A stretch of DNA of 37,056 bases, from IMG/VR virus record IMGVR_UViG_3300042731_004196, positions 1 to 37,056 of that record. One strand, 5' to 3'. The notes beneath the pieces are model-generated. The model made no database searches and had not been told where the DNA came from. It saw nothing but the letters and a program-made list of their open reading frames with translations. Origin of the DNA: a virus. Below, piece by piece: positions 30,580 to 37,056 of the stretch (within the stretch, counting starts at the first letter, position 1; each line of letters begins with the position of its first letter). A program made the position numbers and the translations under genes.

Positions 30580-31692
30580 TCATATGACCCCTAATTTATC
30601 AAACACGTTTGCGGCATCACGCACCGACCCAGTCTTGCGCAAATGTTTTTGCGCTTCCTCGATCTGCTTAGTCTTGCGTGCTGACTTCTCCGCTGGGGGC
30701 TTGCCGCCCGCAGGCACCCGGTTGGCAGTGGACACTTTCTTGCGCGAAGTGGCGATCTTTGCCTTCAGCTCGTCGTACAGGCGAGCCTTCTCGGCAAGGA
30801 TATACGCCCTGTGGTCCGCGAAGGCGTCCACCGTCTCGGCGGGCACGCCCTCGTGTTGGATCAGGTATTCACGGACCCGGGTAATGCCCTCGTCCCAGGA
30901 TTTCTGATCCTTCCACCCCATCTTGTCGGCCAGGACGTTCGCCTCGTTCAGCATGTGCTGCTGAACCTTGGCGTTCATCTTCTGCTGGCGCTGCTGCATC
31001 GCGGCGTCCAGTCTCTGCCGACGGTTTCGGATGTCGGCCAGCGCCTGGTTGTACTCCGCGACCTGCGCCGTGTACTCGACAGGGTCCTCTTTGCGCAACG
31101 AATCCCAGTCCTTGGTGTACGCAGCATTGAGCTGCGTCTCCTCTGCCGTCAGGATCTCGGCCGCCAAGGCCGCCTGCTGCTGCAAGCTGGCCTCCTGCTG
31201 CTGTTGAGCCTGTTCCCATGCCTGCTTTTCCTGAAGAAAAGCCTCTTGTTGCCGCGTGAAATGCGATTGAAGCTGGTAACCCCTGCGAAGATCCCCCAGA
31301 GATACCTCCTGCTCCTCCCCATCCACCTTGGTCTTAACGCGGACCCCTTGGGCGTCTGCGACAAAAGCGGACTCGTCGAGTCCGAAGGTGTTCGCCAGGG
31401 AGGCGAGGTCTATGGTGACTTCTTCGGTGCCTTGTGCATCGCCATCTGCGGATTGTGCGCTCGGGGGCGCGGATTCCTCGGGCGCGAGCCCGAGAGCCTG
31501 TAAAGTCGCCGGGTCAAGCGCGTCAACACTCGCCTCCCCCTCTTCTGTCCCGGGGAGCGGGGTCGCCTCTGCCTTGGGTTCCGGCGTCTTAGAAACTGAA
31601 GGGGCTGACTCTTCCCCCGGGGCGTCACCGTGCTGTTGCACGAACGCCGCCATGACATCAGTATCAGTTAATGTAGGAGCATCGTCAGCCAT
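30580..31692 (-). CDS. Scaffolding protein (370 aa)
   Basis: Acidic N-terminus, long Gln/Ala/Glu-rich coiled coil, position between the portal and capsid genes. Confidence 0.72.
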   Translation of the reverse strand: MADDAPTLTDTDVMAAFVQQHGDAPGEESAPSVSKTPEPKAEATPLPGTEEGEASVDALDPATLQALGLAPEESAPPSAQSADGDAQGTEEVTIDLASLANTFGLDESAFVADAQGVRVKTKVDGEEQEVSLGDLRRGYQLQSHFTRQQEAFLQEKQAWEQAQQQQEASLQQQAALAAEILTAEETQLNAAYTKDWDSLRKEDPVEYTAQVAEYNQALADIRNRRQRLDAAMQQRQQKMNAKVQQHMLNEANVLADKMGWKDQKSWDEGITRVREYLIQHEGVPAETVDAFADHRAYILAEKARLYDELKAKIATSRKKVSTANRVPAGGKPPAEKSARKTKQIEEAQKHLRKTGSVRDAANVFDKLGVI

Positions 31693-31747
31693 TCATAACC
31701 TCCAGCTTATACAAAGTGTAGCGAATTCAAATGTCAATGCAAGTCGT

Positions 31748-32062
31748 TTACTTCTTGAGCTTTTCCCCAAGAACCGCGTCCTGGGCGTAGCCAAGCAGCT
31801 TGCGGCGAAACTCGCGCATGACCAGAACCATCATGCGGGCGCGCAACGCCTCGTCCTCGGACAGGCGGGGGTCGCACATCCGCCGCAGGGCCTCTACTTC
31901 CATCTGGGCGAGTACCTGAGTAAGGACAGGAGCCATCACTGCTTGCCGCGCGCGAGCTCGGAAAGCTTTCAGCTCGTCCGGGTCACGGGTGTTTATGTCA
32001 AAGGAGTCCACCAGATCCTGGAAGGACTGGATCTTCTTCCCGAAGGTCACTTCGTCGTTCAT
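31748..32062 (-). CDS. Hypothetical protein (104 aa)
   Basis: Between the portal and scaffold genes. ATGA-type overlap with the portal stop. Confidence 0.6.
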   Translation of the reverse strand: MNDEVTFGKKIQSFQDLVDSFDINTRDPDELKAFRARARQAVMAPVLTQVLAQMEVEALRRMCDPRLSEDEALRARMMVLVMREFRRKLLGYAQDAVLGEKLKK

Positions 32063-34308
32063 TCCGCGCTACCTGTCTTGCTCGCCTCGATTGCCAATTT
32101 AGCCATCGTTTCCCGGGTCTCCTGGCGCAGCTTGGCCCACTCCAACTCCATCTTCTCCTGGAACCGGCGCATCTCAGACATTTGGTCAGACATCGCCGTC
32201 TTCTCCTCGAAGGCAGAATCCATCCGCTTGGTCTCCTCCTGCATCCGCGCGATCTTCATCTGCAGATCAAACAGGGCCTGCTTCTCCTGCTGCGCCACCT
32301 GCAGCTGCTCGCGCTGCATCTGCAGCTGCTCGCGCTGCATCTGCAGCTGCGCCTCCTGCTGCGCTTGCGCCGCCTGCTGCTGCTTCTGCTGCAGTTGCTG
32401 CGCCCGGACCATCTCCTGAAAGCGAGACGTGTCCTGGTTGCGGGGGTCGAGCAGGTACGACGGGCTAAGGAAAAAGTCGTCAGGGTCCCCGAGGCCCTGC
32501 ACCCGTACCATTTCGCTGACCGTGTGCGCGATCCGCTCGGGGCTGACCAGGATGCCCATTAGCCCGCCCTGTATCGCCTGCTGCTGCAGCCCGAAGACCA
32601 TCTGCAGCCCGTTGGACTTCTGCAGCTTGTCCCCGGCGCCCAGGCCCACGACTACAGTGCTATCGGTGCGCTCGACCCAGTTGCCCGGGTTAACCGTCGC
32701 CCACTTGTTACGCAGTTGCACCAGCTCGTCCTGGTCAAGGTTGCGCATCAGCACCCCGCGCAACTTGCACATCATGTCCTTGACACCCGTCTCCGCGAAG
32801 ACGCGGATCAGCATTCCGACAAGCTCCTCCTTCATGCTCAGAACCCGCTCGACCGCGTGGTTCATGCTTTCATCGGGGAGGTTGTTCACGATCGCCTGCG
32901 CATTGGGGTCCGTGCCCGTTCGCTCCGAGCGCATCTTGTCGTAGTAGTCGAGCAGCTGCTGGGCCTGCGCCCCGACCGGCTGGGTCGGTACCTCGGTCAC
33001 CGCTGTCTGGTCGTCCACCCGCCACAACGCCCCGACCCTGCGCGAAAGCAGGTCATCGAGAACCGCTGCCCCCTGGGTGACCTTCTTCGTCGGGTTATTG
33101 GTCAGGTCAAGGTTGTCTTCGAGAATGCGCAGCACCTTGGACTTGTGGTCCGCAAGCCTCTTGACCTTGTCAAATAAGGAGAGCCCATAGAACTTGTGCG
33201 CCGCGATAAAGGGGGTGGACGCGCTAAAGGGATTCTCGGGGACCTCGTAATAGTCGAGCAGAACCTCCCCGTCGTCCCCGCCAAGCACCACGAGGTAATA
33301 CTCGTCGACCCCGTCCTGGTCCGCGTCGATGTGCATGAACGAGCGGTGAATGACGTACTGCTTCTGCGACTCGTCTTGTGTGACATCATCGTCCATCTGG
33401 TTCGCGGAGCGCTCCACGTCCTCTCGCGCCCAACGCACCTCGTTGTCCTCCGAGCGGGGGATGTCGGTCGGTATCTCGTCGATCTTGTCCTCGTCGTATC
33501 CGAGGGAGACCAGATACGAGCGCGTCTTCACGACCCGGTAGTCACACCACCGCGCATCGGCAAGATCAATGCTGTCGTGGTCGAAATCGACTTGGAACGA
33601 CTCGGGCACGCAGTTCTCGATGACCGCTCGGCCGTTGGGATAGAAGCGGCGCACGGCCACATCGTAGAGCGTCTGAGAGGGTGCAGGCGCGTCCGGTGTC
33701 GGCGGAGGCAGGGGCTGGCCCGTCATCACGTCCACAAGCGGCTCCTCGCGCTCTGAGGAGCTTATCAGACGCACCTTGGACCCGTCGGAAGGGAACAACA
33801 GGTCCGCCAGCTCCGCCTCGGTCAGGTCACGGTACTCCTCCTTCTGCTGGCGTAGTGCCTCGTCCCAATAGGTGCAGAAGACCCCCGTCTTGAGCATCAG
33901 GGCATCCTTGATGTGGCAATAGAGCTTCAGAAACCCGTTGCATTTCTTCATCAAGGTGTGATGAACATAATCCGACTCGATCGCCGCCTGCTCGGTGTCG
34001 TCGGCGCTCACGGGGTCGAACCGCACCACATCGGGCGACTCGATCAGGGGCTTGAGGACCGAGGGGAGCACCCATTCGATGGTGTCAGACACGTCTGCCG
34101 AGACCGCGGTGCTCTCGTGCGCATCCGAAGGCCCGGGGGCGGCGCCTTTGTAGTAGTAGTAGGCAAGCTCCCTGTTCCTGTTCAGCTCGTCGTCCTGGGC
34201 GTTCTTGTTGGACTTGAGCCGCATCCGGGCAATCTCGTGGATTTCCTCTTCGCTCAGCCCGGGGCCATCCCCAGTCTTGAGCGCCACAACCGTCTTGTCG
34301 CTAATCAT
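32059..34308 (-). CDS. Portal protein (749 aa from ATG 34308; the longest ORF starts at 34365)
   Basis: Directly downstream of TerL and of appropriate size. C-terminal Gln-rich coiled coil (barrel-like). ATG 34308 shares one nt with the TerL TGA. Confidence 0.82.
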   Translation of the reverse strand: MISDKTVVALKTGDGPGLSEEEIHEIARMRLKSNKNAQDDELNRNRELAYYYYKGAAPGPSDAHESTAVSADVSDTIEWVLPSVLKPLIESPDVVRFDPVSADDTEQAAIESDYVHHTLMKKCNGFLKLYCHIKDALMLKTGVFCTYWDEALRQQKEEYRDLTEAELADLLFPSDGSKVRLISSSEREEPLVDVMTGQPLPPPTPDAPAPSQTLYDVAVRRFYPNGRAVIENCVPESFQVDFDHDSIDLADARWCDYRVVKTRSYLVSLGYDEDKIDEIPTDIPRSEDNEVRWAREDVERSANQMDDDVTQDESQKQYVIHRSFMHIDADQDGVDEYYLVVLGGDDGEVLLDYYEVPENPFSASTPFIAAHKFYGLSLFDKVKRLADHKSKVLRILEDNLDLTNNPTKKVTQGAAVLDDLLSRRVGALWRVDDQTAVTEVPTQPVGAQAQQLLDYYDKMRSERTGTDPNAQAIVNNLPDESMNHAVERVLSMKEELVGMLIRVFAETGVKDMMCKLRGVLMRNLDQDELVQLRNKWATVNPGNWVERTDSTVVVGLGAGDKLQKSNGLQMVFGLQQQAIQGGLMGILVSPERIAHTVSEMVRVQGLGDPDDFFLSPSYLLDPRNQDTSRFQEMVRAQQLQQKQQQAAQAQQEAQLQMQREQLQMQREQLQVAQQEKQALFDLQMKIARMQEETKRMDSAFEEKTAMSDQMSEMRRFQEKMELEWAKLRQETRETMAKLAIEASKTGSAE

Positions 34309-36008
34309 CAGCCTATGCCTCTGGGGTAGTCTAGTGTCCTGTCCGACCATCGCGCCCGTCGCCACCCGGTGTGCGTGCGCGACCCGGGGCCCGCGGTGCC
34401 CCGCGCGCGGACATCAGGGAGCCTCGCCTCGCGCCGCTCGCGCACTAGGTCAACCTGGGTCTCGTCGCGCACCGTCAAGGCCAACGTGAGCGCGTCGGCC
34501 TCGTCCGGGGAGTGCCCGAGAATCTTGATTAGATCCTTCTTCGCGATGACCTTAATCTTCCCCGCGACTTCCTCCCAGGTGATTGCCAGCAGGTCTGAGA
34601 TCAGACGCGGGTCGTCGGGTATCGCAAGCTTCTGCGGGGAGGCGGGATCCAGGGCTTCACGAAGCCGCCAGTACACCTGGGCGCGCATGTTGGAGAACCC
34701 GAACTTGTTGGACTTGTCCCGCGCCTTCGTCCCCGCCGACCCCACGTAGGCCTTGATGCCGTCCTGGTTCAAGGCATCACGCAGATGGTCGTAGACTGAG
34801 GCGCCCACCCCATTGGCGTCAATGACCACCGGGCAGGCGTCGCGCCGCAGGGGCAGCACTGTAGAGGCCACCTCCGGACCCGTGCGGGCCAGGGCGGTCG
34901 GTATCCTCTCGGGCGCCGGGAAATAGTTCCCGTAGCGCACCTGTACCACCGTGCTGTCCGTTCCGCCGCGGGCCACGTCCACCCCCATCGAGGTCATCTG
35001 TAGATTGTGCGCCGGATCTGGGCTGCGGGCGTTCAGGTCGACCCATCGCTGGGTGGCAGCGCGTAGCCAGTCCGTGGGAATGAGCTGCAGAGGCTGGTCG
35101 GTCAGGCTGACTGAGAAGTCACCGTAGAGTAGCGCCGAGCGCAGCGGCTCGGGGAGCTTCTGCAGGGTGGCGATGTACTGGGGCGTGGTGTAAGGATTGT
35201 CGGTCGGCAGGGACGGTATGAACGTGCGCGAGCGCGGGGTGATCGTCTCCACCTTCCCCCGGTTTGGGCCCTCGCAGATCTCGTGCAGGAAAGGCAGGGG
35301 GTCGGGGCACTCCATCTCGCGCCCCTCGACCGTGGCAAAGTACCGCAGCTCGCCCGGCTTGGCCGGCCCCAGCCCGCACGGGTCGCGGTACTGCGGATCC
35401 AGCCAGGGGGCGTACCGGCGCATCAGCCAGAGCCCGTTCGACCTTGAGTTGTGGCTTGTGCTCGGGGTCGGCGGGTTGGACGTGAGCACCATCCGGCACC
35501 GCTGGCGTGGGTTCACCGACCTGTTCCACGTGGACAAATAGTCGATCACGTACTCGGGGATCTGGGTGGCCTCGTCGAACGCGAGCAGGTCATGGGCGAT
35601 GCCCTGGTGGCGCTCCTCGTCGCCGGGGTTGGGCACCCCGCCGAACTCGATCAGCTGGTCGGGCTTGAGGGCTACCGAGGCGGGGAGGCGCCACTGCCCT
35701 GCCTGATTGTTCAATCCGTCCCTGGTCTTGAGCGTGCGGGCCATATCGTCGATCATGCCTCGCAGCTGTGTGGACTCGCGCCGGATGATGAGCGAGCGCT
35801 GATGCTGCGTGAGGGCCAGCCCGGCAATCAAGGCCGACTTCCCGCCTGATGCTGCCCCGCCGAAAAACAGCTCGTCCGCCTCACTGGCGTAAGCCATCGC
35901 TTGAGGCCCCGGAGCCGGAGACCATAGAGCAAAGGGCGAGTCCTCAAGCAGCTTACCAATCTTGGCAAGCTGCTCGGGGGTGTAATCCTGCGATGCTAGT
36001 TCATCCAC
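34308..36008 (-). CDS. Terminase large subunit (566 aa)
   Basis: Walker A GGAASGGKS, Walker B LLAFDEA, and a nuclease motif MGVDVARGGTDSTVV in the C-terminal half. Confidence 0.9.
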   Translation of the reverse strand: MDELASQDYTPEQLAKIGKLLEDSPFALWSPAPGPQAMAYASEADELFFGGAASGGKSALIAGLALTQHQRSLIIRRESTQLRGMIDDMARTLKTRDGLNNQAGQWRLPASVALKPDQLIEFGGVPNPGDEERHQGIAHDLLAFDEATQIPEYVIDYLSTWNRSVNPRQRCRMVLTSNPPTPSTSHNSRSNGLWLMRRYAPWLDPQYRDPCGLGPAKPGELRYFATVEGREMECPDPLPFLHEICEGPNRGKVETITPRSRTFIPSLPTDNPYTTPQYIATLQKLPEPLRSALLYGDFSVSLTDQPLQLIPTDWLRAATQRWVDLNARSPDPAHNLQMTSMGVDVARGGTDSTVVQVRYGNYFPAPERIPTALARTGPEVASTVLPLRRDACPVVIDANGVGASVYDHLRDALNQDGIKAYVGSAGTKARDKSNKFGFSNMRAQVYWRLREALDPASPQKLAIPDDPRLISDLLAITWEEVAGKIKVIAKKDLIKILGHSPDEADALTLALTVRDETQVDLVRERREARLPDVRARGTAGPGSRTHTGWRRARWSDRTLDYPRGIG

Positions 36009-36400
36009 GCCTCACCGTCGACCCGTTTGGGGTCTTTAAGCTGCTGCAAGGCGGCGATCCCTCGAATCCGCTGGGCCACCTCCTCCGGGGTCATCGTCGA
36101 CTTCTCCGAGCGGTCTGTCCAGTCGATTGCCTTGAGATCGGGCAGCGTCTTGCCGAGCAGCTTCATCTGCGTGGCGAGCACAACCTGGAGCCTGGAGATG
36201 TCCTCCTTCTGCAAGGGGACCCAGACCAGGGCGGGGGGCGGCTCCTCGGTTGCGGCGACTGCCAGAGCTTTGCCTGGGGGCGGCTCGTGGTACTGGGGCA
36301 CGTACCCGACCAGGAGCATGTACAACACCTCCTGGATGTTGTCGTGAATCGCCTGCGGATCCAGACACGACCTGTTGAAGGGTTTAACTTTTTTGCCCAT
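35996..36400 (-). CDS. Probable terminase small subunit (134 aa)
   Basis: Position immediately upstream of TerL, overlapping it by 13 nt. No diagnostic motif. Confidence 0.5.
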   Translation of the reverse strand: MGKKVKPFNRSCLDPQAIHDNIQEVLYMLLVGYVPQYHEPPPGKALAVAATEEPPPALVWVPLQKEDISRLQVVLATQMKLLGKTLPDLKAIDWTDRSEKSTMTPEEVAQRIRGIAALQQLKDPKRVDGEAWMN

Positions 36401-36504
36401 GCGGGAAAGTGTATAAGCCGGGCCGGGTTAACGCAAGGCGACCTTCGCCTCGCGCATTTCGTCTCAATCGGGGGGTGCTCTCGGACAGTGCTTTGCCTTC
36501 AGCG

Positions 36505-36708
36505 CTAGGAGGCGAGTTCTTCTCGGAGGGCCGTGATTCGCTTTCGGTCGATGTGGATTACGCGGTATCCGGTCGGCAGCAAGGCGCCTGCCTCCTGGCC
36601 CGCCTGGATCTTTCCCCGACCGACCTTGTTCTTGATGTAGAACACGCGACCAGTTGACGCATCCAGCTCGAAGAATTCGCGCAGGCGTTTACGCGTGATA
36701 GGTACAGA
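36505..36708 (-). pseudogene. Start-less ORF resembling the N-terminal DNA-binding module of phage HNH/AP2-type homing endonucleases (truncated remnant?)
   Basis: ITRKRLREFFELDASTGRVFYIKNKVGRGKIQAGQEAGALLPTGYRVIHIDRKRI. No ATG/GTG/TTG upstream in frame before the stop at 36769-36771. No nuclease domain follows. Confidence 0.35.
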
Positions 36709-36713
36709 TGTAA

Positions 36714-36749
36714 ATAGGAAATATAGGAAATATAGGAAATATAGGAAAT
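36714..36749. repeat. 9-bp AT-rich tandem repeat ATAGGAAAT x4
   Basis: Perfect copies at 36714-22, 36723-31, 36732-40 and 36741-49, in an otherwise GC-rich genome. Confidence 0.95.
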
Positions 36750-36893
36750 TTGATTTTTTACATAGAAATCAGGCGCATCCAGAATTTCAGTAAAGTGTAA
36801 GGATGTCCGGGAGCAATAGAACTTGGGTGTAAGGTTGCCTGGAAACCTGGTTTTGCGGATGTAGGTTGGTGGCCGACGTTTTTATATTCAACA

Positions 36894-36941
36894 GGGGGGG
36901 GGCACGGGGGCCTCCCCCCTCCCCCGTCGATTTCCGCCCCC
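36894..36941. repeat. G/C homopolymer cluster: G9, G5, C6, C5, C5
   Basis: G9 36894-36902, G5 36906-10, C6 36914-19, C5 36921-25, C5 36937-41. Self-complementary and G-quadruplex-prone on the minus strand. Confidence 0.85.
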
Positions 36942-37025
36942 AGGGCACCGAGAGGCACCCCTATCCCGTAACAGCGCGCCCGTGTACGGGGTTACCCACC
37001 AGGTACACGAGGCGCACAGGAAACA

Positions 37026-37056
37026 GACCAGAGGGATGCGGACCAGAGGGATGCGG
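37026..37056. repeat. Right-end copies of the 15-bp repeat; the last 24 nt are identical to nt 1-24
   Basis: GACCAGA + GGGATGCGGACCAGA + GGGATGCGG. Confidence 0.95.

Noticed and set aside
29442-32419. + strand ORFs 29442-30191, 30811-31503 and 31328-32419
   Set aside because: They are antisense to the capsid, scaffold and portal genes and consist of low-complexity Leu/Arg/Ser/Cys runs derived from the Gln-rich coding strand.
36714-36749. T7-type promoter resemblance (TATAGGAAA)
   Set aside because: No phage RNA polymerase gene is present, and the similarity is limited to about 6 nt.
36758-36958. 66-aa minus-strand ORF
   Set aside because: It runs across the G/C homopolymer cluster (GGGGRPPCPPP) and has no SD, so it is almost certainly non-coding.
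1-37056. Temperate lifestyle module (integrase, excisionase, CI-type repressor) and tRNA genes
   Set aside because: No ORF shows tyrosine or serine recombinase motifs, and no cloverleaf-like sequence was noticed in the intergenic regions. Absence by eye is not proof; tRNAscan-SE or Pfam would settle it.

Overview
The window looks like an essentially complete, GC-rich (roughly 60-65% by hand counts) tailed dsDNA phage genome of about 37 kb with podovirus-like architecture. No integrase, reverse transcriptase, CRISPR array or tRNA was seen. The first 24 nt and the last 24 nt are identical and lie in a 15-bp tandem repeat array, so the contig is either circularly closed or terminally redundant. 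Layout: (a) about 1.4 kb of mostly non-coding DNA spans the ends (36401-37056 plus 1-770), carries three unrelated repeat arrays and holds only one start-less gene remnant; (b) early operons at 0.7-6.0 kb are driven by near-consensus sigma70-type promoters, each with a palindrome inside the core promoter. They encode small acidic proteins, RHH/HTH regulators, a compact C5 DNA methyltransferase, an RNA ligase and a DUF2829 (Tad2-like) protein; (c) the replication module at 6.0-17.3 kb has a prim-pol/SF3 helicase, DUF3310, a DUF2800 nuclease, a DUF2815 SSB, family-A DNA polymerase, VRR-NUC and an SNF2 helicase; (d) one long minus-strand late operon (36400 down to 17312) runs TerS, TerL, portal, scaffold, major capsid, tail and fibre genes and large internal virion proteins, with many ATGA/TGATG coupled junctions. 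The most unusual feature is that the DNA polymerase gene is cleanly bisected by an 860-bp insert. The insert is flanked by GGTTG, has its own promoter, contains a 132-bp tandem duplication, and encodes a small lipoprotein gene and two overlapping ORFs. Also notable are two acr-aca-like early operons, an RNA ligase / Tad2-like cassette bracketed by a duplicated ~120-nt module, a shared AGGTTAA operator half-site, and the absence of a recognisable lysis cassette. All functional calls rest on motif recognition by eye; no database search was run.
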